Assembly: GCA_038087875.1 (NCBI GenBank) | Contig: CM075996.1 | Location: 374,001 to 438,000, forward strand | Direction of reading: 5' to 3' | Length of the DNA: 64,000 nt | From: Malacoraja senta | Taxonomy: Eukaryota | Shown: positions 39,023 to 51,719 of the stretch, in pieces | How positions within the stretch are numbered: position 1 is the first letter of the stretch | How the letters are laid out: every line of letters begins with the position of its first letter | Notes under the pieces: generated by a model | The model's database searches: none | What the model saw: only the letters and a program-made list of their open reading frames with translations | What the model was told of the DNA's origin: nothing | Translations under genes and position numbers: made by a program

Positions 39023-39394
39023 CAGGGGTGGGGAACCTGTTCATGTTGGAAGGCCGCATTAAGTTAGCTGTAATCTAATAAGGCCGCATCCAAGAAACTT
39101 CAATTAGATATACTTCAAAATGTACATTATTTTGTTAAAATAGCCCTCATGATTTACTAATGTTTTAATTGTGGCCGTCAGTCGGGGAGGATTATTTTGT
39201 TGAATTTTCTTTAACTCTTTGGTATTTTAAATATGTTAATTTTAAGATTAAAATTAAAATAATAAAAGACGAACAAAAACATATTAATAAAAATAAAAGG
39301 ATTTGTTCTACAAAATTTGGATTCATTCAAAAGGCCGCACTTAATGGCCTAGAAGGCCGCATGCAGCATTAAGGCCGCAGGTTCCCTACCCCTG
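39023..39394. mobile_element. hAT (Charlie-like) MITE
   Basis: TIR CAGGGGT(G/A)GGGAACCTG; exact TSD GTTTAGAG at 39015-39022 and 39395-39402; subterminal AGGCCGCA repeats. Confidence 0.9.
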
Positions 39395-40514
39395 GTTTAG
39401 AGATACAGCGTGGAAACAGGCCCTCCGGCCCACCCAGTCCGCGCCGACCAGCGACCACCCCGTACACTAGTTCTGTCCCGCAGACTAGGGACAATTTACC
39501 AGAAGCCAATCAACCTACAAACCCGCACGTCTTTGGGGTGCGGGAGGAAACCGGAGCGCCCGGAGAAAACCCACGCGGGTCAGAGGGAGAACGTGCAAAC
39601 TCCGCACAGCTAGCTCGCACCCGTAGTCAGGATCGAAACCGGAACTCCAGCGCTGTGAGGCAGCAGCTCTACCAGCCGTGCCACCCAGAAAACTTTAAAG
39701 ATGCATGGTCCAGACGTGGGCGAATGAGACTAATTAGCTGGGACATCTTGGTCGGCATAGGCGAGTGGGCAGCGTGGGCCTAATTCCGTGCTGTTTGCCT
39801 CGACGGCTCCATTATAAAAAGTTTGAGCTAAATGCATAGCACTGGAGGAACCCGGATGCTGCCTGGCCTGCTGAGTTCCTCCAGCACTTTGTGAGGTGCC
39901 CAAGATTCCAGCTTCTGCGGTTTTTTGTGTGGGAAGGAGGCTGGTTGCCGGGGGTCAGGGGTGATGGGGAGAAGGCAGGAGAATGGGGTTAGGAGGGAGA
40001 GATAGATCAGCCATGATTAAACATGGCGGAGTAGACTTGATGGGCCGAATGGCCTAATTCTGCTCCTCTCACTCATGACCTTATGATTTACACCGAAGGT
40101 AGACACAAAATGCTGGAGTAACTCAGGTTACTCAGCGGGACAGGCAGCATCTCGGGAGAAGGAATGGGTGACGTTTCGGGTCGGGGCCCTTCATTACACT
40201 GAGAGTCAGGGGAGAGGGAAACTAGAGATATGGAAGGGTGCAAAGAGCATGTAAGGTGTGAAAAGGACAGATCAAAGCAGATGATGTTTAAGGAAATGTA
40301 CGATGGGTCGTTGTTGGCTGAGGGGAAGGTGACAAATCAGCACAAAAACAGTAAAATTAGTCAGGGGGACAGTAACACGAGTGGAGAACTAGGGTGGGGG
40401 AAGACAGAGAGAGAGAGGGAAAGCAAAGGTTACTTGAAGTTATAGAAATCAATGTTTATAACACTAGGTTGTAAGTTACCAAAGCATTTCTCATGTCTCC
40501 ATTATAAGAACTAT

Positions 40515-41082
40515 AACAGACAATAGACAATAGGTGCAGGAGTAGGCCATTTGGCCCTTCGAGCCAGCACCGCCATTCAATGTGATCATGGCTGATCATC
40601 CCCAATCAGTACCCCGTTCCTGCCTTCTCCCCATATCCCCTGACTCCACTATTTTTAAGAGCCCTATCTAGCTCTCTCTTAAAAGCATCCAGAGAACCTG
40701 CCTCCACCGCCCTCTGAGGCAGAGAAAATTCCACAGACTCACAACTCTCTGTGAGAAAAAAGTATTTCCTCATCTCCGTTCTAAATGGCTTACCCCTTAT
40801 TCTTAAACTGTGGCCCCTGGTTCTGGACTCCCCCAACATCGGGAACATGTTTCCTGCCTCTAGTGTGTCCAAGCCCTTAACAATCTTATATGTTTCAATG
40901 AGATGCCCTCTCATCCCTTCTAAACTCCAGAGTGTACAAGCCCAGCTGCTCCATTCTCTCAGCATATGACAGTCCCGCCATCCCGGGAATTAACCTTGTA
41001 AACCTACACTGCACTCCCTCAATAGCAAGAATGTCCTTCCTCAAATTGGGGGACCAAAACTGCACACAATAATCCAGGTGTG
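40515..41082 (-). mobile_element. CR1 LINE 3' fragment
   Basis: Reverse complement of the 29409-30017 family. Confidence 0.9.
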
Positions 41083-41097
41083 TTATAGAAATGCTGG

Positions 41098-41525
41098 ATG
41101 TGTAGGAAGGAACTGCAGATGCTGGTTTAAATGGAAGATAGACACAAAATGCTGGAGTGACTCAGCGGGACAGGCAGCGTCTCTGGAGAGAAGGAATGGG
41201 TGACGTTTCGGGTCGAGACCCTTCTTCAGACTGATGTCAGGGAAGTGGGAGATACATAGAAAATGACGTGTAAGGCGTGAAAACAGGACAAAGGGAATGG
41301 AGAACAAGGGAAATGTAGAATAGATCGTTGTTAGTTGGGAGAAGGTAACAACAATGCAAACAGAGATGAAATGTAGTCGGAGACAGTAAGACTGGTGGGA
41401 GAACTGGGAAGGAGGAGGGATAGAGAGAGAGAGAGGGAGAGCAAGGGCTAGAAGTTGGAGAAGTCAATATTCGTACTGCTGGGGTGTAAGCTGCCCAAGC
41501 GAAATATGAGGAGCTGTTCCTCCAA
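41098..41525 (-). mobile_element. PLE subfamily A 3' fragment with an intact hammerhead core (41202-41229)
   Basis: Same sequence family as 7806-8932. Further copies near 712-1054, 25140-25445, 33865-34117, 40090-40485, 52222-52460, 53605-54735, 55965-56065 and 58080-58336. Confidence 0.8.
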
Positions 41526-41566
41526 GTCAGTGTTCAGCATCTTTGGATGGAAGGAAGGGGTGACGT

Positions 41567-41920
41567 TCAAGATTCAAGATTCAAAAGAGTTTATTGTCAT
41601 GTGTCCCAGATAGGACAATGAAATTCTTGCTTTGCTTCAGCACAACGGAATATAGTAGGCATGAATACAGAACAGATCAGTGTGTCCATATACCATTGTA
41701 TAAATATATACACACACATGAATAATTAAACTGATAAAGTGCAAATAAACAGATAATGGGCTATTAATGTTCAGAGTTTTGTTTGAGTTGAGTTCAATAG
41801 CCTGATGGCTGTGGGGAAGTAGCTATTCCTGAACCTGGACATTGCAGTCTTCAGGCTCCTGTACCTTCTACCTGAAGGTAGCGGGGAGATGAGTGTGTGG
41901 CCAGGATGGTGTTCATCACC
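41567..41920 (-). mobile_element. Rex1/Babar-like LINE 3' fragment
   Basis: [40 protein letters not shown] plus (CTTGAAT)n tail. Related tails at ~14430-14660, 20265-20525, 60050-60600 and 62690-63030. Confidence 0.8.
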
Positions 41921-42063
41921 ACAGAAGGCAGACGTTTCGGGTTGCGGCTCTGTAGAAGGGTTTCGACCCGAAACATCAGCCGCAGAAATGCTAGCGTCTG
42001 TTTTCCCAGCCAGGGCCGTGAGTTGGTGTTGGTTGACTTTGTGTCCTGTTCTCTCTTTCGCAG

Positions 42064-42161
42064 GATGGTGGAGTACTCGCTGGACCTCCAGAACGTCAGC
42101 CTCTCTGCGATCCGGACCGTCCGCGTTCTCCGCCCGCTGAAAGCCATCAACCGAGTACCCA
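42064..42161 (+). CDS. CACNA1I: Internal coding exon (98 nt) of a T-type calcium channel alpha-1 subunit, domain I S3-S4; best match Cav3.3
   Basis: Translates (G)[32 protein letters not shown](S), the Cav3 IS3-IS4 segment with R/K at every third residue. [10 protein letters not shown] and PLKAINR match recalled CACNA1I better than CACNA1G (MLEY, PLRA) or CACNA1H (MMEYSLDGHN). Acceptor is a pyrimidine tract plus CAG (42061-42063); donor is GTAATT from 42162. Confidence 0.9.
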
Positions 42162-42264
42162 GTAATTCTCACTCGCTTCTCCCGGGCACTGACGGCTCCT
42201 GTCGCCAGCAACAGCTGAGAATTAACCTGTCAGGGGCCAGCAAGAGCGCAGAGAAGATTGACAA

Positions 42265-43232
42265 GGATGGAATTTAGAACGATGAGAGGGGAATCTTATA
42301 GAAACATCTACAACTCTTAAGGGATTGGACAGGCTAGATGCAGGAACAATGTTGGAGGGAGTCCAGAACCAGGGGTCACGTTTTAAGAATAAGGGGGAGG
42401 CCATTTAAGACTGAGATCAGGAAGAACCTTTTCACCCAGAGAGTTGTGAATCTGTGGAATTCTCTGCCACTGAAGGCAGTGGAGGCCGATTCACTGAATG
42501 TTTTCAGGAGAGAGTTAGATTTAGCTCTTAGGGCTAATGGAATCAAGGGATATGGGGAGAAAGCAGGAACGGGGTACTGATTTTAGAGGATTAGCATATT
42601 GAATGGCGGAGCTGGCTCGAGGGGCCGAATGGCCTACTCCTGCATCTATTTTCTATCTTTCTATGTCTATGTTTCTATGTCGCCAGGAGTTGATCTTGCA
42701 GTTGTATAAGACGTTGGTGAGACCGCATTTGCAATATTGTGTTCAGTTCTGGGCACCATGTATTGGAGGAGAGATATTGTCAAGCTTGAAAAAGTTCAGA
42801 AAAGATTTACTAGGATGTTGCCAGGACTAGAGGGTGTCAGCTATACGGAGAGGTTGAGTAGGCTGGGTCTCTATTCCGTGGAGCGCAGGAGGATGAGGTG
42901 TATAAAATCATGAGAGGAATAGATCGGGTAGATCTTTTGCCCAGAGTAGGGGAATCGAGGACCAGAGGACATAGGTTCAAGGTGAAGGGGAAAAGATTTA
43001 ATAGGAATCCGAGGTGTAACTTTTTCACACAAAGGGTGGTGGGCGCATGGAACAAGCTGCCAGCGGAGGTAGTTGAGGCTGGGACTATCCCAATGTTTAA
43101 GAAACAATTAGACAGGTACATGGATAGGACCGGTTTGGAGGGATATGGACCAAGCGCAGGCAAGTGGGACCGGTGTGGGCGAGTTGGGCCGAAGGGCCTG
43201 TTTCCACCCTGTATCACTCTATGACTCTCTGA
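42265..43232 (+). mobile_element. Two adjacent CR1 LINE 3' fragments (~42265-42680 and ~42683-43232)
   Basis: ESRTRGH..FTQRVVNLWNSLP and LYKTLVRPHLQYCVQFWAP..FFTQRVVGAWNKLP motifs with CR1-type tails. More CR1 pieces near 3010-3215, 4436-4687, 6980-7320, 9155-9490, 17150-17510, 23765-24250, 27680-27993, 30555-30990, 34850-35410, 37795-38330, 44435-45090, 47452-47830, 49080-49320, 54780-55530 and 60880-61570. Confidence 0.88.
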
Positions 43233-43692
43233 CTAAGATAGGTGACGTTTCGGGTCCCTTCTTCAGATGTGATAGGTGGATGCAGGTGAGGGGGGGGGGG
43301 GGGGCGTGATTGTCGGATGGCTGGACTAAGGCCAGAGATGGAAAGACAGAAGGTTGTGAGATAAGGAGATGAGGAGAGGAGGCGTGAAGTGGGTTAATGG
43401 GACAATATAAAGATAATTATCTTTCTTTGTGATGTGTTGCTAAAAACAGGGCTGTGGGACCTGCTGAGGTTACATTACCACTCTATTTTTTATCGCAGGT
43501 GGGCTAAAGGGTCTGTTTCCGTGCTGTTTCTTTCAATTCAATCCAATTCCCATCCTTTCGTTGCTGGTATTCAATCAGGGCATGATATATTTGCACGGTT
43601 AGGGTCAGGGTTAACCGTGTCTGAAGAAGGGTCTCGACCCGAAGCGTCACCCATTCCGTCTCTCCAGAGATGCTGCCTGACCCGCTGAGTTA

Positions 43693-43923
43693 AGGGCCTG
43701 TCCCACTTGGCGATTTTTTTCGGCGCCTGCCGGCATCATTGACTGACGTATCAGGTCACCGGAAAATTAGCGGCGTGATGGCGTATTGACGCGCGGTGTT
43801 TTTTCCCAAGTGTCGCGACCTTTTTTTTTGTCGCCGCTGGATTTTGAAATGTTCGAAATCTTTTGGCGACCCTGATATGACGTCGGCAGTCGCCGAAAAA
43901 AATCGGCAAGTGGGACAGGCCCT
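43693..43923. mobile_element. PIF/Harbinger-type MITE (internal family 4, opposite orientation)
   Basis: Same TIR and interior as 36171-36408, reversed; TTA/TTG flanks; interrupts a PLE arm. Confidence 0.85.
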
Positions 43924-46230
43924 TTGCTCCTCCAGCTTTTTGTGTCTACCTTCGGTTTCAACCAGCATCTGCAGTTCCTTCCCCCGCATCCAAACCCAGG
44001 TGCTTGCTGAACCTCTCCGCTCTGGCGCTTTGGGAACGTCAGGCATCAGGAAGAGGTGCCCGACTCCTGTGCTGAAAGATGAATTAATTCAGGTTTGCCA
44101 GCCTGCCAAAAAAAAAACGATAGGTCAGAGTTATTTTGGATCTCGCGATTGATACTGTTGGCACTTAGCTTGGCTGGGCAATTGTTGTAAAGGTCAGTGA
44201 TATCGGCTTCAGGCCAGCCTTCCGCTCTGACTCACTTACACTGGCGACCTTACACTAGGCTGGTTTCAAATCAGACCCCTGGGTGAAGTTTACAACAGAC
44301 GTCTCCTGACTTTAGAGATATGGTATGAGGAAACCTCACCCGTTCCTTCTCTCCAGCGCTGCTGCCCGTCCCACAGAGTTACTCCAGCTTTTTGTGTCTT
44401 TCTGTGGTATGGTACAGTTCTTTATTTGTCACCTAGAGTCATAGAGTGATTTAGCGTGGAAACAGGCCCCTTTGGCCCAACTTGCCCACATCGGCCAACA
44501 TGTCCCAGCTACACTTGTCCCACCTGCCTGTGTTTGGTCCATAGCCCTCCAAACCCGTCCTCTCCATGTGCCTGTGTAACTGTTTCTTAAACATTGGGAT
44601 AGTCCCAGCCTCAACTACCTCCTCTGGCAGCTTGTTCCATCCACCCACCACCCTTTGCGTGAAAAACTTACTCCTCAGATTCCTATTGAATCTTTCCCCC
44701 TTCACAAACCTATTTCCTCTGGTCCTCGATTCCCCTACTCTGGGCAAGAGATTGTGCATCTACCCTGATCTATTCCTCTCATGATTTTAGCGGGGTACAG
44801 TGAAATTAATAGACAGTAGACAATAGGTGCAGGAGTAGGCCATTCGACCCTTCGAGCCAGCACCGCCATTCAATGTGATCATGGCTGATCATCCCCAATC
44901 AGTACCCCGTTCCTGCCTAATCCCCTGACTCCGCTATTTTTAAGAGCCCTATCTAGCTCTCTCTTGAAAGTATCCAGAGAACCGGCCTCCACCGCCCTCT
45001 GAGGCAGAAAATTCCACAGACTCACCACTCTCTGTGAGAAAAAGTGTTTCCTCGTCTCCGTTCTAAATGGCTTACTCCTTATTCTTAAAATGTGTAGGAA
45101 GGAACTGCAGATGCTGGTTTAATAAAAAAATGGACACAAAAAGCTGGAGTTAACGACAGGCAGCATCTCTGGAGAAAAGGAATAGGAGACATTTCGGGTC
45201 GAGACCCTTCTTCAGACTCGAATCTGACCCGCTGAGGTTACTCCAGCTTTTTGTGTCTATCTATAGTAAATTTCATTTTCGTACACAGTTCAGCATAAGT
45301 ATCACTACATAAGCACTTCGATACATCACGTGAAGCATCTCCGATACAGTGCGAATGTATAGCAGTAGAACACTGAGACAGTGTACAGAGTCGCCAGTTT
45401 GGCGCCATTTTCAAGTCCCTGCAGAAACAGGCCCTTCGGCCCACCGAGTCAGCGCTGACCTGCGATCACCCCCATACTCTTCTAACACTATCCTACACGC
45501 GAGAGATCATTTTACAATTTTACCGAAGCCATTGAACCGACCAACCCGCATGTCATGGAGTGCGGGAGGAAACCGGAGCACCCGGAGAAAACCCACGTGG
45601 TCCGTACAGACTCTGTTCAGACAGCACCCGTGGTCAGGATGGAACCTGGGTCTCTGGCGCCGTGAGGCGGCAACTCCACGGTGTTGGCCCAAAGCAATTT
45701 ATTGGAAGGTCCAGGAGAGTCGGCCCGAGGGGGATAATTTTGAATGTATATTCATGAAAATTAGCCGATAACATTCGGCTCTCTATTTTAATTTCCATTG
45801 ATTTTTGCAATGATCCATGATGCAAATCGAACTCATTCCTGATCCACGCTTCGTTGGGTTCACTAACAATAGGCAAAATCACAGCGGAAAGAAATGGGGA
45901 GGGCAGAAGCGACAACCTCTCTGCCCAGAGGACAGACACAAAATGCTGGAGTAACTCAGTGGGACAGGCAGCATCTCTGGACAGAAGGAATGGCTGACTC
46001 AGTCTGAAGAAGGGTCTCGACCCGAAACGTCTCCCCTTCCTTCTCTCCAGAGATGCTGCCTGTCCCACTGAGTTACTCCAGCAATTTGTGTCTGTCCTCT
46101 GGGCAGAGAGGATGTCGCTTCTGCCCTCCCCATTTCTTTCCGCTGTGATTTTGCCTATTGTTAGTGAACCCAACGGGGCGTTACACCAGCATTTTGTGTC
46201 TATCTTTTTGTGCCTCTCTGCCTAGGGTTA

Positions 46231-46747
46231 AGGGCCTGTCCCCACGAGCATGCGACTGCATGCGGCAAGCGCGACCAAACCGGAAGCGGGGGCCGCGCGG
46301 ATGTCGAGTGATCCCCGTACAGGGCCGGTCCCACCAGCATGCGGCCGCATGCGGCGAGCGCGACCAAACCGGAAGCGGGGGCCGCGCGGAGGTCGAGTGA
46401 GTGACGTGAAGTTCGAGCGAAGTCCGCGGGAAGTTCGCGCGTGACGTGCGGCGTCGAGACGCTGCGTACGGCGTCGAGACGCTGCGTATGGCGTCGAGGC
46501 GGTGCGCACGGCCGTCGAGGCGGTGCGTACGGCCTCAATGCGGCTGCGGGCCGGCAGGCCGTTGCCGCGCGGAAATTTTGAACAGTGTCAGTTTTTCGGA
46601 GCGCCGCGCGATGTCGGGACCAGCTCCGCACAACTCCATACGGCTCCGGCGATCGAAGTGGGACCGGCCCCGCGAGGCCGTACGGCGCAAGCGACCACGT
46701 TAGGTCGTGCTTGCCGCATGCAGTCGCATGCTCATGGGACAGGCCCT
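46231..46747. mobile_element. PIF/Harbinger-type MITE (internal family 5, CpG-rich)
   Basis: ~45-bp TIR AGGGCCTGTCCC(C)AYGAGCATGCGACTGCATGCGGCAAGC; TTA/TAA flanks. Confidence 0.85.
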
Positions 46748-48703
46748 TAAGTTTGTACTTTCCAGAGAAGCATTATTCCATATAGGGGGTAATGTATTAT
46801 TAGTCTAGTTTAGTTTTAGCGGATACAGGCAGTTCTGCCCACCGGGTCCGCGCCGACCAGCGATCCCTGCATATTAACACTACCCTACACACACACACAC
46901 ACTAGGGACAATTTTTACACCAAGCCAATTAACCTACACACCTGTGCGTCTTTGGAGTGTGGGAGGAAACCGACGATCTTGGAGAAAACCCACACGGGTC
47001 ACGGGGAGAAGGTACAAACTCCGTACAGACGAGTGCCCCATGTCAGGATCGAACCCGGGACCCTGGTGCTGTGGGGTTGTCGCTCTACCACTGCGCCACC
47101 CATTTCAAAATGATTTTTTCTTTTTTTTCTTTTTCCCTTTTTCTCGTTTGATGAGAGGGGAGCAAAACTTCCTGCAATGGTTGTCAATCAGCGAACAAGT
47201 GCAGATCTTGTTCATTTCTAGGTGGAGATCTCCCCACTTCCTTCAACTCTGGCTAAAATGGGACTAGCTAAAGCCGGCTAGAGTTCCCAGATAACCTCAT
47301 GGACGCAGCGGGTAGAGCTGCAGCCTCACAGCGCCAGAGACCCGGGTTCGATCCCGACCTCGGATGCTGTCTGCGTGGAGTTTGCACGTCCTCCCTGTAA
47401 CCGCGTGGGTTTCCTCCGGGTGCTCCGGTTTCCACCCACACTCCAAAATCATATAGACAATAGGTGCAGGAGTAGGCCATTCGGCCCTTCGAGCCAGCAC
47501 CGCCATTCAATATGATCATGGCTGATCATCCCCAATCAGTACCCCGTTCCTGCCTTCTCCCCCATATCCCCTGACTCCGCTATTTTTAAGAGCCCTATCT
47601 AGCTCTCTCTTGAAAGCATCCAGAGAACCCGCCTCCACCACCCTCTGAGGCAGAGAATTCCACAGACTCACCACTCTCTGTGAGAAAAAGTGTTTCCTCG
47701 TCTCCGTTCTAAATGGCTTACCCCTTATTCTTAAACTGTGTGGCCCCTGGTTCTGGACTCCCCCAACATCGGGAACATGTTTCCTGCCTCTAGCATGTCC
47801 AAACCCTTAATAATCTTATATGTTTCAATCTTATATAGATTTGTAGGTTGTGTGGGAAGGACCTGCAGATGCGAGGTCACCCCCAAATTGCGTGGACACA
47901 AATAGCTGGAGTATCTCAGCGGGCCAGGCAGCATCTCTGGGAAAAGGAATAGGTGACGTTTTGGGTCGGAACCTTCCTTCAGACTTTATTCAGCTTGTAA
48001 GTCAATTGGCTTTTCAGTAAAATTGTAAATTGTCCTTAGTGTGCAGGACAGTGCCAGTGCACGGGGTAGGATTCGATGGGCCGAAGGGCCTGTTTCTGTG
48101 CTGTACTCTAAAGTCTAAAGACTAACCTAAAGTGGACTAACTCCAGTGGTAAAAGGTTTCTTTCTGTTCCAGAGTGAGATGCTCCCTAATTTTGCAACTA
48201 ATTCATGTTTTTTTTTTGAAGTGAGACATAGCAATTTGCATATAGACAAGACTTATGTTCCAAGTGCTATTTTTGTACTGATATGGATGTACATGTCATT
48301 TAATATCAGTGGCTTGGGTAAACAATATTAATTTTCTTTTGAAGTGATTATTAGGTGGTTTGTAAAACACGCGTGATTATGCTCGATCAAAAAGCCTCTG
48401 TCATGTAACAACATGCCCAATGTGGATTGGTTTTCACCGAAGACAGACACAAAACGCTGGAGTAACTCAGCGGGTCAGGCAGCATCTCTGGAGAGGGGGA
48501 ATGGGTGATGTTTCGGGTCGAGACCCTTCTTCAGACTGAGCTTCAGGGGAGAGGGAGCCACGGAGAGAAGGAAGTGTAAGAGATCGAAAGAGATGAAGAT
48601 CAAGGCAAATGTAGAATAGACCGCTGCTAGCTGGGAGAAGATGACAACGAAGCATACAGAGATAAAATGTAATCAGGGGGCCAGTAATCAGACTGGTCAG
48701 TGA

Positions 48704-48907
48704 TAGACAAAAGTGCTGGAGAAACTCAGCGGGTGCGGCAGCATCTATGGAGCGAAGGAAATAGGCAACGTTTCGGGCCGAAACCCTTCTTCAGGCTGGA
48801 AACGTTGCCTATTTCCTTCGCTCCATAGATGCTGCTGCACCCGCTGAGTTTCTCCAGCATTTTTGTCTACCTTCGATTTTCCAGCATCTGCAGTTCCTTC
48901 TTAAACA
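48704..48907. mobile_element. Palindromic mini-PLE (subfamily B), ~13-bp TSD, nested in a minus-strand subfamily A PLE (~48430-49030)
   Basis: GACTGGTCAG(T/A)GA at 48691-48703 and 48908-48920; inverted arms. Confidence 0.82.
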
Positions 48908-51326
48908 GACTGGTCAGAGAACTGGGGAGGGGGAGGGAGAGAGAGGGAAAGCAAGGGGCTACTTGATGTTAGAGAATTCGATATTCATACCGCTGGGGTG
49001 TTAGCTACCCAAACGAAATATGAGGTGCTGTTGGGACAGGCAGCATCTCTAGATAGAAGGAATGGGTGACTTTCCGAGTCTGGAAAACGTTTTCACCCAG
49101 GGAGTCGTGAATGTGTGGAATTCTCTGCCACAGAAGGCAGCGGAGGTCAATTCAATGGATGCATTCACGAGAGAGTTAGACATAGCTCTTAGGGCTGACG
49201 GAATTAAGGGATATGGGGAGAAAGCAGGAACGGGGTACTGATTTTGGATGATCAGCCATGATCATATTGAATGGCGGTGCTGGCTCGAAGGGCCGAATGG
49301 CCTACTCCTGCACCTCTTTTCTACATTTCTTTGTTCCTCCAATTTGCGCTGGGCCCGATCGAACCCGGGTCCCTGGCCCTGTATGATGGGTCTTCAATTT
49401 CAAGCCGTCTATGATGTGTCAATTTCATCACATCGTTCAGAGTCAAAATGAGTGCAGCTGAGAGCTCAGGAGATCAGTGAGAACTGTCACGGATGCGCCA
49501 AAGAACTCTACCGCTGCGCCACCGTGCCGGCCTCTGCCGCCCAATAACATTAGGATGGTTTCTACTGCCCTCCCAGAGCCCTACATTCTTTGAGTCCATC
49601 CTGGCCTCCCACCTCCACCCCATCCCCCTTGCTACTCCCCCCACCCACCCCCCCCCCCCCACCTTCCCAGCTTCACAATCCACAACTCTTCAAAACCTGT
49701 CTCACACCTGCTCTTCTTATCCCTGGCCCTTTGTCCCAACCATCCGACTGTCAAAAAAACACCCCCTCGTCTGTGTCGACCTAATCCCTGCCACGCTTTG
49801 TACAGCCTTAATAAATAATAATAATGATAATAAATACTTTATTAATCCCCTTTTCAGGGGGAATTCAGATGTCCTTGTAGCAGACTAATAAAAAGACAAC
49901 ATAACATTAAAGAAGAGGTTTAACATTAAAACATAAAACCATCCCCCCACAATGGTTCCCACTGTGAGGGAAGGCACAAAGTCCAGTCCCCATCCTCATG
50001 TCCACCAATAGTCGGGCCTATTGAGGCCTCCACAGTCGCCACTACAGGGCCCGATGTTTCAGGCCGTTGTCGCCGGGTGATGGTGCTCCAGCGTCGGGAG
50101 AACCCTCTCAGCGGCTTGGGTCGCCTGGAACGGCCGCCTCCTTACCGGAGACCGCGGCTTCTGAAGCCAACAGGCTGCGCTGGACGGAGCTCCAGCACTG
50201 ACGATCTCGGCGAGAGATCCCAGGCTCCCGATGTTAAAGTCAGCTCCACAGGCCCGCAGCTCCGCGGTGTTCAATCGGCAGGTCCCAGTGCGGCGACCCA
50301 GGCCTTACCCCCTTTTCCTACTTCGTAGTTCTTCTTACCTTACCCCCCTCCCCCCCATCTTACAATCAGTCTGAAGAAGGGTCTCGACCACCATTACGCA
50401 TATTCTCCAGAGAAGCTGCCTGACCCGCTGAGTTATTCCAGCACTTTGTGGCCTTTTACTGATTCCATCGCTCTGAAAGACTACTGAGCATTCACAGCTC
50501 CTTGACAATAGAACTCGGCTCAGAGTGTTCGGAGCCGAGTTCTTGTTCTGAATATATTGCGTGAAGGGAATAGAAAATGAGAGACCTGTTCTGGTTGCCC
50601 CGTTGCAGGGAGGAGGTGGACGCTTCGGAGAGAGTGGCAGAATAGGTTTACCCGGAGAGTCTTATCTCTGTGGAGAGACTGGAAAAACATGGATCGTTTC
50701 CCGTGGAACACCGGAGGCTGATGGGAGACCTGATAAGGGGATATAAAATCATGAGAGGCATAGCGAGGGTCAGAACAGTTTCCCCAGGTTTTCACCGTAC
50801 CTCGGTACACGTGACAATAAACTAAACTGAACTGAACGGTCGCGGAGGCGCAGCGGTAGAGTTGTCGCCTTACAGCGAATGCAGCGCCGGGTTCGATCCC
50901 CACTACGGGCGCTGTCTGTATGGAGTTTGTACGTTCTCCCCTTAACCTGCGTGGGTTTTCTCCGGGTGCTCCGGTTTCCGCCCACACTCCAAAGGCGTGC
51001 AGGTTTGTGGGTTAATTGGCTTGGTACATGGAAAGATTGTCCCTAGTGGGTGTAGGATAGTGTTAGTGTGTGGGAATCGCTGGTCGGCACGGACCCGGTG
51101 GGCCGAGTTGTAGGAGCCTGTGGTCCGTGCCGCTTCGCTGAACTAAATTAAATAAGCGATCAGTCTGAAGAAGGGTCTCGACCAGAAACGTCGCCTATTT
51201 CCTTCGCTCCATAGATGCTGCCTCACCCGCTGAGTTTCTCCAGCATTTTTGTCTGCAATGGATCAGGAGATCCTTTTTACTCCAGAGATGCTGCCCGACC
51301 CGCTGAGTTTCTCCAGCACTTTTGTC

Positions 51327-51719
51327 CAAAGATCCTACAGCGAGCAAGATAGTCCACTCGACGAAAAAGACGTAGTACGGTCATGGGCAGATTCCTGGGT
51401 AATTTAAGGCCCCATTTCCGTAACCGGCTTCCGTCTCCACATCAAAGATCCCATAGGATACTAGTGCGGAGACGGAAGCCGGTTACGGAAACATCCTCGT
51501 AAAAATAAACGTTATTTGGTAAAAATCTTCTCCTCATTTTCAGAATTTTAATTTATTAACACAAACTTCCCCCGCAACGTTGATTACACTGCGAGTCGGG
51601 TCGGGTCCGGTTACTGAAATGGATGAAAAAAAGGCCCACGTTCCGCTCCGTTGCGTACTACACGTCAGCCCATTGCATTTAGCAGGAGTGGTCTATCTTG
51701 CTCCACTATAGGATCTTTG
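51327..51719. mobile_element. Second copy of the CAAAGATCC hAT-type element, opposite orientation
   Basis: Exact TSD CTTTTGTC at 51319-51326 and 51720-51727. Confidence 0.9.

Noticed and set aside
41897..42277. 126-aa ORF as a standalone gene
   Set aside because: Only 42064-42161 is channel-like and is bounded by AG/GT; the rest is intron and repeat read-through.
46158..46785. Cluster of Arg/Ala-rich ORFs or a CpG-island promoter
   Set aside because: Falls within a TIR-bounded MITE; GC richness explains the open frames.
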